Assembly (NCBI GenBank): GCA_963722385.1
Contig: CAVRKK010000001.1
Span: 224,001-288,000, forward strand
Direction: 5' to 3'
Source: an uncultured bacterium
Lineage (GTDB): Bacteria > Babelota > Babeliae > Babelales > Babelaceae
Length of the DNA: 64,000 bases
The notes under the pieces were generated by a model. The model was not told the origin of the DNA, searched no databases, and saw nothing but the letters and a program-made list of their open reading frames with translations. A program made the translations under genes and the position numbers. This document shows, piece after piece, positions 1 to 8,701 of the stretch (positions are counted from its first letter, which is position 1; every line of letters starts with the position of its first letter).

Positions 1-344
1 TTTTTGTTACTTACGTGCCTCATCTTCTTTACGTCTATGATGCTCTAACCATGCGAGGCGCATGCTTAGAGCTACCGCAATTTTCCTGACGGAAAATAGA
101 TTTTTATCATGAAGCGTAGCGCACATGATAATGGCGTAAGTTATCGTGCGCTTTGGCGAACGATAACTACACACACCAAGCCTGTAAGCATAACGCTTTG
201 GGGATTGCTAAGGGACGATGTCCCTTAGCCCCCAGCCGGGCAGGCGATTCGATTCAATTCAATTCGCTCTGTTCCGTCAGCCGTACGCGACTTCGCCTAG
301 GCTACACCCACCAAGCAGGCGATTCAGTTCAATTTCAATTCAAT

Positions 345-1904
345 TTACCGCGCATACTCGATCGCACGCTTTTCGCGTATAACATTTACCTTGATCTGGC
401 CCGGGAAGCTCATCTCCTGAGAAATCCTCTCAGCAAGATTTCTTGCAAGCGTCGAAGCCTTATCATCGTCGAGCAAATCCTCTTCTACAATAACACGAAT
501 TTCACGCCCCGCCTGCAAGGCATACGCCTTCTTGACGCCACCAAAGGCCTGCGCTATATCCTCCAACTTCTCCAAGCGCTTGAGATACGCGGTTAGCGTC
601 TCACGCCGTGCTCCGGGACGCGAGGCAGATATCGTATCAGCAACCATAACTAAAGGGCTGTAAATCGAAGCAAACGCCAGCTCCTCATGATGCGCAGCAA
701 TCGCGTTCACCACCAACGGATCCTCGCCGCACCGCTTGGCAACTTCAGCACCAATAAGTGCATGCGGTCCCTCATGCTCAGCCGACAAAGCCTTACCAAT
801 GTCATGCAATAGCCCGCCGCGCAGAGCAATCTCCGGACGCGGCAACCCAAGCTCCTCAGCAAGCGTACGCGCAAAAATACCAACCTCTATACTATGCGTC
901 AGTACATTCTGGGAAAAACTTGTCCTAAAATGTAATCGACCGAGAAGCATAATAATCTCTTGCTTAACACCCTGCAAATTAAACTGGAGAATGGTCTTCT
1001 TGCCATACTCCTCAATCATCTCCTCAATATCCTTTTCACACTGCGAAACCGTCTCTTCAATACGAGTCGGATTTATGCGCCCATCGGCAATTAACTTTTC
1101 TAAAGTCCGCCGTGCAACCTCACGGCGTATAGGGTTAAATCCAGAAATCGTGATAACTTCGGGTGTATCACCGATGACAAACTCCATGCCCGTCGACATC
1201 TCAAGCGCCTTAATATTACGCCCTTCCTTGCCAATAACACGCCCTTTCATCTCTTCATTAGGCAGATGCACGACGCTTGATGAATGCAAGGTAACCTGCT
1301 CTGCTACGTACCGCTGCATGGCCGTAACCAAAATTTCAATGGTACGCTCTTTAGCGCCCTGACGTGCCTCTTCTTCTACCTTCTGTACCCACTTCTCCTG
1401 AGTATGCCGAACCTCAGCCTCAAGCGTCTGAAAAAGCGTCTGACGCGCCTCCTCGCGGGTCATGCTCGCCACATGCTCTAACTTGGTAATCAGTTCATCA
1501 TAAAGCTGCTTAAGCTTCTGCTCATTAATACGTAACTGATCCGCTAAGCGGGAAAGCGCGCGCTCTTTCTGCTGCAGCTCTCGCTGCGTCTCCTCAAGTC
1601 GCTGCTCTTTCTTTTCGATCGCATCGTATTTTACGTTAAGTTTCGTCTGAAAGCGCTCAAGCTCAACACGCTCGCGTTTGATCTCAAGCTCAAACTCACT
1701 CCGTTTCTTATAAAGCTCGTCCTTAAGCTTGAGCGAAGCCTCGCGCCGCTCCGTCTCAATCTCTTTCTTAATATCCTCACACTTCTGCTGCGTCTCAAGT
1801 GAAACATGCCGCGCTTTATCATGCCGTCTCTTTGCAAGAACGAGGAGCATGCCCCCCACAACCGTTATCAAAATACCAAACGCAGGCATAAACGCCGCGA
1901 TCAT
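345..1904 (-). CDS. rny: Ribonuclease Y
   Basis: N-terminal TM helix, coiled coil, KH domain (MKGRVIGKEGRNIKALE), HD domain (LLHDIGK), C-terminal PGQIKVNVIRE. Confidence 0.97.
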   Translation of the reverse strand: MIAAFMPAFGILITVVGGMLLVLAKRRHDKARHVSLETQQKCEDIKKEIETERREASLKLKDELYKKRSEFELEIKRERVELERFQTKLNVKYDAIEKKEQRLEETQRELQQKERALSRLADQLRINEQKLKQLYDELITKLEHVASMTREEARQTLFQTLEAEVRHTQEKWVQKVEEEARQGAKERTIEILVTAMQRYVAEQVTLHSSSVVHLPNEEMKGRVIGKEGRNIKALEMSTGMEFVIGDTPEVITISGFNPIRREVARRTLEKLIADGRINPTRIEETVSQCEKDIEEMIEEYGKKTILQFNLQGVKQEIIMLLGRLHFRTSFSQNVLTHSIEVGIFARTLAEELGLPRPEIALRGGLLHDIGKALSAEHEGPHALIGAEVAKRCGEDPLVVNAIAAHHEELAFASIYSPLVMVADTISASRPGARRETLTAYLKRLEKLEDIAQAFGGVKKAYALQAGREIRVIVEEDLLDDDKASTLARNLAERISQEMSFPGQIKVNVIREKRAIEYAR

Positions 1905-2011
1905 ACAGCATCTCCTTTATATAATAGTGCAATTCCTGGCGCCGTGCCGAGCCACTAAAAACGTGGCACTCTAAAGATGCCATAATCTACGACAAACGTC
2001 CACGCTAACAA

Positions 2012-2308
2012 TCAAAAAACTTCCATCCCCAAAGAAGAAAGCTCCTGATCAAGGCGAGCAATAAGCTCAAGCCCCCTGCGCTCAGACTCCTCAAGAAGAG
2101 CATATGTATTCTTAAACTCGCACGCAACCTGAAGTGCAGCGAGAACTGCTATCCGTTTGGTATCGGCAAGCCCTGTTTTCTCTGCCAGATCGCGCATAAG
2201 ACAGTCAATCTGCTGAGCCGAAAGCAAAACATGCTCCTCACGCTCATCGCTGACCAGCGTGTAAGACTCGCCAAAAATAGAAACTTTGTACTTTTTGAGC
2301 GTTTCCAT
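2012..2308 (-). CDS. zapA: Cell division protein ZapA
   Basis: KVSIFGESYTL...RIAVLAALQVA pattern; usual position upstream of rny. Confidence 0.85.
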   Translation of the reverse strand: METLKKYKVSIFGESYTLVSDEREEHVLLSAQQIDCLMRDLAEKTGLADTKRIAVLAALQVACEFKNTYALLEESERRGLELIARLDQELSSLGMEVF

Positions 2309-2311
2309 GGG

Positions 2312-2656
2312 CTACCGCTCTGGCTCTATCAGAACATCAATACTCTTAATAAGATCATCAACAGCCATTTTGGTAAGCTCGCGCTCCTGACTTAACCCCT
2401 CAAGACTCTGGTGACGAGCAAGCAGCGCTTCCTCAAGCTTTTCTGCCTGTAATCGCAACTGCTGGTTCTCTTCCTTAAGCAGGCCAACCTCGCCACGCAA
2501 ATCATCGCCCGCATGCTCCAATTGCTCCTGCATTTTAAAGCATTCTTCCTTGACCAAGACAAGCTCCTGGTCAAGCTCAGCAATGCGAAGCATATCGCTT
2601 CTTTTACTTTCAATCAGCAACGATAATTTTTTTTCAAGAATACCAAACTGCTCCAT
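2312..2656 (-). CDS. ZapB-like coiled-coil protein
   Basis: All-coiled-coil protein directly upstream of zapA; start placed at ATG 2656 behind an AAGGAG SD. Confidence 0.6.
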   Translation of the reverse strand: MEQFGILEKKLSLLIESKRSDMLRIAELDQELVLVKEECFKMQEQLEHAGDDLRGEVGLLKEENQQLRLQAEKLEEALLARHQSLEGLSQERELTKMAVDDLIKSIDVLIEPER

Positions 2657-2738
2657 CAGTATCTCCTTGTGGGCATATCTCATTCAATATCAATCTGCCC
2701 TAGATTCTAATGGCCGAAGCTGAAGCTTGTCAAGATAA

Positions 2739-3086
2739 TTATCGCGAAACCTGCTCAACAATCTGCCCAAATACCGCTGGATCATAGACCGCGATCTGAC
2801 TTAGCATTTTTCTGTTCAGCCCAATATGCGCCTTCTTAAGCCCGTGCATAAAAGTACTATAGCTCCACCCATGCGTCTTGACCGCCGCATTAATACGCAC
2901 AATAAATAACGAGCGCACATCACGCTTACGTAATTTACGGCCTGTAAATGCAAAAGCCAAAGCACGCATTAATGTCTGCTTCGCTCTCTTAAAAATGTTT
3001 TTACGCTGGCCCCAAAAACCCTTGGTCTGCTTTAATAGCCGCTTATGCCTGCGCTTGGTAACAACACCACGTTTAACTCGACTCAT
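2739..3086 (-). CDS. rplT: 50S ribosomal protein L20
   Basis: MSRVKRGV...RINAA...LNRKMLSQIA; infC-rpmI-rplT order. Confidence 0.98.
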   Translation of the reverse strand: MSRVKRGVVTKRRHKRLLKQTKGFWGQRKNIFKRAKQTLMRALAFAFTGRKLRKRDVRSLFIVRINAAVKTHGWSYSTFMHGLKKAHIGLNRKMLSQIAVYDPAVFGQIVEQVSR

Positions 3087-3116
3087 AATACTATTTCCAT
3101 GGTTATTATATAATCA

Positions 3117-3311
3117 CTAATACGGTAATGCAAAAAGAATACGGGCAGCGTCCGCAGGACTGACCATAAGCTTTGTACGCAAAAAGCGCTTGCGCTTCGC
3201 CGTCTTATGAGCAAGCTTCTTGCGTCGACCTGCATGGGCCGCCTTGATACGGCCGCTTTTTGACTTCTTAAATCTCTTTTTAACCCCAGAGTGGGTCTTC
3301 ATCTTTGGCAT
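3117..3311 (-). CDS. rpmI: 50S ribosomal protein L35
   Basis: MPKMKTHSGVKKRFK...LPY. Confidence 0.97.
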   Translation of the reverse strand: MPKMKTHSGVKKRFKKSKSGRIKAAHAGRRKKLAHKTAKRKRFLRTKLMVSPADAARILFALPY

Positions 3312-3317
3312 GATTCC

Positions 3318-3881
3318 CTACTTCTTTAAATAATAAACACGATACAAAGTATTATCAGTCAGCATGTCTTTTTCCTGCTTTTCCTGAATAATATGCTGAC
3401 CAATCTCCGATGCCTTAAAGGCATCATTAATTTTATCAAAAAGAGCACCACCACGCTCGCTCTTCATTGCTATCTCTCTTCCGCGGAAAACAAGCGTAAA
3501 TTTCACCCGTTTGCCCTCAGTCAAAAACGCGAGCGCCTGGTTCATCTTTGTCTGAAAATCGTGCTCGCCAATCTTCGGCCGCAACTTAAGCTCTTTCACC
3601 TGTATAATATGCTGCTTCTTCTTAGCATCAGCTAACTGCTTCTTCTTGGCATAAAGTGCCTTGCCATAGTCCATAACTTTAGCAACCGGCATTCCATCCT
3701 TGCCCTGCTCAGCAATAATAACCAGATCAAGCCCCGCCTCACGAGCAGCGCGCAGCGCTGCCTCCCGCGTCACAACACCCTCATTCTTCCCATCATGGGT
3801 AATAAGCTGCATTTTGTCGTAGCGTATCTTCTCGTTGATTAATGGACCCGAATCGCCCTTGGTCGTCTTAGTTACCACCAT
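3318..3881 (-). CDS. infC: Translation initiation factor IF-3
   Basis: INEKIR, LDLV, KVMDYGK, VKELKLRPKIGEHDF, FRGRE motifs. Confidence 0.97.
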   Translation of the reverse strand: MVVTKTTKGDSGPLINEKIRYDKMQLITHDGKNEGVVTREAALRAAREAGLDLVIIAEQGKDGMPVAKVMDYGKALYAKKKQLADAKKKQHIIQVKELKLRPKIGEHDFQTKMNQALAFLTEGKRVKFTLVFRGREIAMKSERGGALFDKINDAFKASEIGQHIIQEKQEKDMLTDNTLYRVYYLKK

Positions 3882-3884
3882 ATC

Positions 3885-4964
3885 CTACTCTTCGTCTGAA
3901 AGATGATCAATATTTTGGCCAGACGCCGCCTGCAGAGCATCAGCACCAAACACCGCCCTTACGCGCTCAGTCAATCCTTGCATCAAAGAGGCATCACCCT
4001 TAAGCGCGTGCACAACCTGGTCTCGCCCCTGCGCAAGCTTCTCACCATTAAATGAGAACCAAGAACCCGACTGCGTCACCACGCCAACCTTTAACGCCGC
4101 ATCAAGAACATCATATTCTTTGCTCACACCCTCACCAAAAATTAAATCAACTTCAACTGACTTAAAAGGGGGCGCCATCTTGTTCTTAGCAACCTTAACT
4201 CTCACCCGATTACCCCGATGCGAACCGTCTTTGTCCTTCAGGCTCTCGATACGACGCACATCAATACGAAGTGATGCATAAAATTTGAGCGCGTTGCCGC
4301 CCGTCGTAACCTCGTTGTTAGCAAAGGCCATAGCGTTAATTTTTTGACGAATCTGATTGATAAAAATAAGCGCCGTACGCGACTTGTGCACCACCGGCGT
4401 CAGCTTACGTAAAGCCTGAGACATCAACCGCGCTTGTAAACCCATATGGGGATCACCCATGTCGCCGTCAACTTCAGCCTTAGGAACCAGTGCAGCAACA
4501 GAATCTATAACAATAAGGTCAACCGCTCCTGATCTAATAAGCATTTCCGCTATGTCAAGTGCCTGCTCGCCAAAGTCTGGTTGAGAAATAACCAAATCAT
4601 TGATATTGATACCAAGCTTGGTAGCATAAACAGGGTCCAAGGCATGCTCAGCGTCAATAAACGCGCAAATACCCCCGCCCTTCTGAGATTGCGCAATCGC
4701 CTGCAATGCAAGTGTCGTCTTGCCTGATGCCTCCGGTCCATAAATCTCCGTAACGCGGCCCCGCGGAAACCCACCAACACCAAGAGCGCTATCTATTAAA
4801 AACGAGCCAGTCGAGATAACGTCAATCTGTGCAGCAGCAGACTGCCCAAGAAGCATTACCGACCCCTTGCCATACGCTTTATCTATTTGGGAGAATACAA
4901 CCTCAAGCACCTTATGCTTGGCATTGATATCCGAATCCCTTACAACTTTTTCTTTTTCACTCAC
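3885..4964 (-). CDS. recA: Recombinase RecA
   Basis: GPEASGKTT Walker [30 protein letters not shown]. Confidence 0.99.
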   Translation of the reverse strand: MSEKEKVVRDSDINAKHKVLEVVFSQIDKAYGKGSVMLLGQSAAAQIDVISTGSFLIDSALGVGGFPRGRVTEIYGPEASGKTTLALQAIAQSQKGGGICAFIDAEHALDPVYATKLGININDLVISQPDFGEQALDIAEMLIRSGAVDLIVIDSVAALVPKAEVDGDMGDPHMGLQARLMSQALRKLTPVVHKSRTALIFINQIRQKINAMAFANNEVTTGGNALKFYASLRIDVRRIESLKDKDGSHRGNRVRVKVAKNKMAPPFKSVEVDLIFGEGVSKEYDVLDAALKVGVVTQSGSWFSFNGEKLAQGRDQVVHALKGDASLMQGLTERVRAVFGADALQAASGQNIDHLSDEE

Positions 4965-4981
4965 GCTTTTTGCTCACTCAA

Positions 4982-6520
4982 TTAACGACGACCAATAAAA
5001 GATTTGTTAGTCTTAATTTTAGCATTTTTCTCTAAAGAAGCAATAAACCCTTGCGCAACCTGCTCCCCTTCTTTTCTCATAAGAGTATTAAAGAGCTCGG
5101 GCTTCTTCTGATTAAATTTTTCAATGTCAAGTTCGGCAAGCTCTTTAACCCCGATTACATAGCCAGCTTGGGGCGTAAGCACCGTTTTTGACTGGCCTAC
5201 GGGCAGGCTGAGCAATTGCGATACCTGCTGTCTTTGCAAGCCCTCCTTCTCAAGGCTTGCCCAAACTGGCGAATCCTTTTTATCAGGCTCGATAAAGTCC
5301 GTATCAAAGGACGTAGCACCCAGCGCTTTATGCTCATTAATCCATGCCTGCCGCCCCGATGCGTCCAATCCTTTTATCGTGGTCAAGTCGTTGGCCAATG
5401 CCTGGGCTGCCTGTGCTAAGTAATAATCTTGCTCAACCGGCCCCCGGATCGTCGACAACGGCTGTTCTGCGCGCGGGTCAACCTTCGTCAATTCAACAAC
5501 AAAGCCGCGACGCTCTTTGCCTTCACCAGTAACAAAAATAGCTCGCTCACCAATGTCCTTAAGCGAGAAGAGCTTGCGCGTTAACACATTATCAGGAGCT
5601 CCTTGGCTCTCTTCAGGCAAAGCAACCGGGCCAAGCGGGCTGGCCGCCCCCTGATACTTTTTAACAAACTCATCAAAGCCAGACACAAGAACCTGTTCGC
5701 CTTCAGCCAAAAAATCATCAGGAATATGGTCAAACGTCCAGACCGAGCCGCTTCGCTTTTCCAGACTCCAGTAATGATGATTACGCTGGTTTGCCTCCTG
5801 AAAGAACTTTTCAAGCGCAGCGGTATCAAGCGAAACTTTTTTAGCCTGTGCAAGATAATCAGCAATAGGCACCTTAATAAGAGAAAGCTTTTTTGCCCGA
5901 TAAGCCCGATCAAACTCATCACGAACCCGAGCTATTGGCACATAAGCAGCACCTTGAGCAAACTGAAGAACAAGCTGCCCCTTGATGCGCTCTTCAACAA
6001 CCTCTTCAAGACAGCGAGCCGAGACCCCTTGACGCTGCAGCAATTTAAGCAAGTCGCGATAATTAACACCCTGAGGACTTACCGCGCCAGCAGGGATCAT
6101 GTCCCCCATAATTTGTAGCGCAAAATAGGGATTTTCAAGCTGATTCGAGACGTAGTCAGGCGATAACCGTAAGCCGAGCTTGTCGGCGCAGGCAAGTAAA
6201 AGTTTCTGCTCCGTTAAGGCTTTAAGAGCGCGATCCTCAGGCTTGCCACCAAAGCCAAGCGCTTCAAGAAACGCCGAAGCATTGGCACCAAACTGCTGCC
6301 TCATATAACTCTCTCGGCGCTGCTCCTGGCCAACCTTGCGCTGAAATTCACGAATACTAATTTCGTAGCCATCAACAAAGGAAACGCCCGTATCGCCAGT
6401 TCTCATAAAGCGGCGAAACAGCCCACCAATAAAAATGCCTCCCCCCAAAGATAAAATAGTAATCCATATAACGATATTAAATGCTTGCTTACTGAAATTC
6501 TTGCGTATCGTTGAAATCAT
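4982..6520 (-). CDS. PpiD/SurA N-terminal-domain membrane-anchored chaperone
   Basis: MISTIRK plus TM anchor, VDGYEIS, LLLACADKLGLRLS pattern of PpiD N-terminal domains; no recognisable parvulin active site. Confidence 0.7.
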   Translation of the reverse strand: MISTIRKNFSKQAFNIVIWITILSLGGGIFIGGLFRRFMRTGDTGVSFVDGYEISIREFQRKVGQEQRRESYMRQQFGANASAFLEALGFGGKPEDRALKALTEQKLLLACADKLGLRLSPDYVSNQLENPYFALQIMGDMIPAGAVSPQGVNYRDLLKLLQRQGVSARCLEEVVEERIKGQLVLQFAQGAAYVPIARVRDEFDRAYRAKKLSLIKVPIADYLAQAKKVSLDTAALEKFFQEANQRNHHYWSLEKRSGSVWTFDHIPDDFLAEGEQVLVSGFDEFVKKYQGAASPLGPVALPEESQGAPDNVLTRKLFSLKDIGERAIFVTGEGKERRGFVVELTKVDPRAEQPLSTIRGPVEQDYYLAQAAQALANDLTTIKGLDASGRQAWINEHKALGATSFDTDFIEPDKKDSPVWASLEKEGLQRQQVSQLLSLPVGQSKTVLTPQAGYVIGVKELAELDIEKFNQKKPELFNTLMRKEGEQVAQGFIASLEKNAKIKTNKSFIGRR

Positions 6521-6567
6521 GAACTCTTTCCTTGCTATCTTTGCTATCTTTGTCGTCTTTTACTAAA

Positions 6568-6840
6568 TTACGTATCTTCTACCGAATATGATGTACAGAG
6601 AGATGAGTGAACGCGGTCCGCGAATGCGCCTTGCTTTACGCAGGCAGCGATCTCCTCGCTCTGGTTTTTTTTCCCTAAGTAGTAGCCAGCAATAAATACA
6701 AAAAGCATCCCTATAATACCAGCCGCAATTATTCTGCTAATCTGGGCATCTGACAACACAAGGTGGTGGCGGTACGCCTTGTGGTCTAAAGATGGCTCTT
6801 TGAGCTCCGACGTCCCTTTGTCATCGTGCTTATCACTCAT
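6568..6840 (-). CDS. Small single-TM hypothetical protein
   Basis: One TM helix (IIAAGIIGMLFVFIAGYYLG); overlaps the miaA stop, suggesting translational coupling. Confidence 0.7.
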   Translation of the reverse strand: MSDKHDDKGTSELKEPSLDHKAYRHHLVLSDAQISRIIAAGIIGMLFVFIAGYYLGKKNQSEEIAACVKQGAFADRVHSSLCTSYSVEDT

Positions 6841-7780
6841 GCAAACCTTCTTTCACATTTTCAATTTTATTAATATACGCCTCAAAGGGCGTATGGGTCA
6901 AATTTATCTCAGCAATCGTAATACCAGGGATAACAGGAAGCGCCTTTTTAAAGCCGCGCCAAAAAATTCTTTGCCGGCGAGCATAAGCGCGGGTTTGGCG
7001 CTTAATGCGCTCATGGAGCTCGCGCTCGGAGCAGCCACCCCGAACAAATTCAATAACGTCGCGGTATCCCAAAAGCCCCTTAGCCGATAAAAAAGTATGC
7101 CATGACGTCGGCAAAGCTGCAACCTCGTCAATCCAACCCAATGACATCATCTCTTCAACCCGATCGTCAATTCTTCCATATAAATCGTCAGTATCACGGT
7201 CAAGAAATAGTATATGACAACGCCCTGGCAATGCAAACGATGGCTTGAGCTGCGAAGGCAAAATACCGTGCTCGCGCCATATATGTAATGCACGGCCAAT
7301 CCGATAGGTATCATGTGGGTGGATCTCGCGAGCACGTACCGGATCAACCGCGTGCAAAAGGTCCCAATAAATGTCACGCATCGGCGCAGCGACAGGTTGA
7401 GCACCCCGATCAGCCGGAGGGAAAAAGAGCGATTTCAGATAGAAACCGGTACCTCCTACGATCACCGGCGTATGCGCCGATGATCCACCTCGACCTCCTA
7501 TCATCGCAAGCAATGGTAAACAGTCCCGCCGATATTGATATGCTGAGTAGTGTACCGGGTCTTTCACGATATCAAAAAGGTGATGCGCGATAGGATCATT
7601 TTTCCAGTCAGGCTTGGCAGTACCAATGGATAATCGCTTATATACTTGACCCATATCGCCATTAATTATCTCAATCGACTGCGCTTGCCCCAAGGCAAGC
7701 GAGCATGCAGTTTTACCAACACCCGTCGGTCCAAAAAGAATGATAAAAAATGGCGATGTGCCCATCAAGTCAACATCCAT
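6833..7780 (-). CDS. miaA: tRNA dimethylallyltransferase
   Basis: GPTGVGKT, QVYKRLSIGTAKP, VGGTGFY, TRAYARRQ. Confidence 0.96.
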   Translation of the reverse strand: MDVDLMGTSPFFIILFGPTGVGKTACSLALGQAQSIEIINGDMGQVYKRLSIGTAKPDWKNDPIAHHLFDIVKDPVHYSAYQYRRDCLPLLAMIGGRGGSSAHTPVIVGGTGFYLKSLFFPPADRGAQPVAAPMRDIYWDLLHAVDPVRAREIHPHDTYRIGRALHIWREHGILPSQLKPSFALPGRCHILFLDRDTDDLYGRIDDRVEEMMSLGWIDEVAALPTSWHTFLSAKGLLGYRDVIEFVRGGCSERELHERIKRQTRAYARRQRIFWRGFKKALPVIPGITIAEINLTHTPFEAYINKIENVKEGLHE

Positions 7781-7796
7781 GATAATAATTCACCCT

Positions 7797-8309
7797 TTAG
7801 CCATCCTTGCTCTGCGCGGTGAAGAGAGACCTGAGCCGCTCCAAGGCACTGTGCTGCGGCAATTTCTCAACAAGTGAAATTTCCTCAGCAAGCAAGCTTT
7901 CAGTCTGGCATAATAAGCTCTTTTCACCAAAAGAGAGCTCCTTCTGCATCTCTATAAACCGCAAATCTCGATAAATCTCCGACAGTTCGCGCAGGCCGCC
8001 AGCACGCAGTTTCATCTGGTATTCTTTGTTCCTTTTGTTCCAACTACTCGCCGTAAACTCATAAGCATTTAATCGTCGCGCAGGCTGCGTCAAAATCTTC
8101 AAGGCATCATCAACGCTCTCACGAGAACTCAGCGGGCGGATAGGCACGGTGTGCATATTTTGCACCGGCACAAGCACTGTCATATCCTTGTTCAAAAATT
8201 TCAACTCATAGTAGCTCGTCTTCTGCCCAGCAACAATCTTCTCAATAACCCGCGTAATTTGCGCAACACCATGCCCTGGATAGACAACCTTATCATAGAG
8301 CAAAAACAT
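7797..8309 (-). CDS. carD: CarD family transcriptional regulator
   Basis: DKVVYPGHGVAQI, conserved WNKR, LSFGEK...LAEEIS. Confidence 0.93.
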   Translation of the reverse strand: MFLLYDKVVYPGHGVAQITRVIEKIVAGQKTSYYELKFLNKDMTVLVPVQNMHTVPIRPLSSRESVDDALKILTQPARRLNAYEFTASSWNKRNKEYQMKLRAGGLRELSEIYRDLRFIEMQKELSFGEKSLLCQTESLLAEEISLVEKLPQHSALERLRSLFTAQSKDG

Positions 8310-8362
8310 GGGCTAACCCCTTTAAAGATTTTTACTCTTTAAAAGCTTTAAACCCACTGTTT

Positions 8363-8391
8363 ATTATATCATCACACGCACGCCAGGGCAA
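8363..8391 (-). promoter_or_regulatory. Sigma70-type promoter of the carD operon
   Basis: Minus strand TTGCCC-N17-TATAAT with extended -10 TG. Confidence 0.7.
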
Positions 8392-8450
8392 TCTTCTCGC
8401 CCGATGCTCGCCGTTTCATCACCACATTCTTCACCACACCCCCTCCACAC

Positions 8451-8588
8451 CGATCCCTCAACAAAGCCCCTTCCTCTTACCTCGGACAAAGGGGCCCCAG
8501 CACACAACCACCTCCCCCCAAAAGGTGGTGGGGAACCGCTCCGATAAGGCTGGCGGCGGGGGCGCAGGGATCGCTCCAAAGTTGAGCG
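8451..8588. other. GC-rich multibranch stem-loop element, candidate unassigned ncRNA
   Basis: Closing stem CGATCCCT/AGGGATCG enclosing GCCCCTT/AAGGGGC, ACCACCT/AGGTGGT and CCGC/GCGG hairpins; no RNase P, SRP or tmRNA signature recognised. Confidence 0.4.
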
Positions 8589-8603
8589 AACAACACTAAG
8601 AAA

Positions 8604-8647
8604 ATATGAGCATATCACTTGACCTCATATAAACAAGATGCTAAAGT
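8604..8647 (+). promoter_or_regulatory. dnaK promoter with overlapping inverted repeat
   Basis: TTGACC(8619)-N17-TAAAGT(8642) with extended -10 TG; ATATGAG-N13-CTCATAT spans the -35. Confidence 0.6.
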
Positions 8648-8701
8648 GTAACTAGCTTAAATAGAAGGGAAAATTGCAATAAATAAAGAAGGAATATAAG
8701 C

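Noticed and set aside
153..1481. Plus-strand ORFs 153-596, 736-1362 and 1284-1481, and similar antisense ORFs across the window
   Set aside because: Shadow frames of well-supported genes with no SD or motifs
8400..8600. RNase P RNA, SRP RNA, tmRNA, or the 84-aa ORF 8364-8618
   Set aside because: No GAGGAAAGTCC P4, SRP loop or tRNA-like ends; the ORF overlaps both promoters and has no recognisable features
8590..8700. CIRCE or HAIR element before dnaK
   Set aside because: Neither consensus is present
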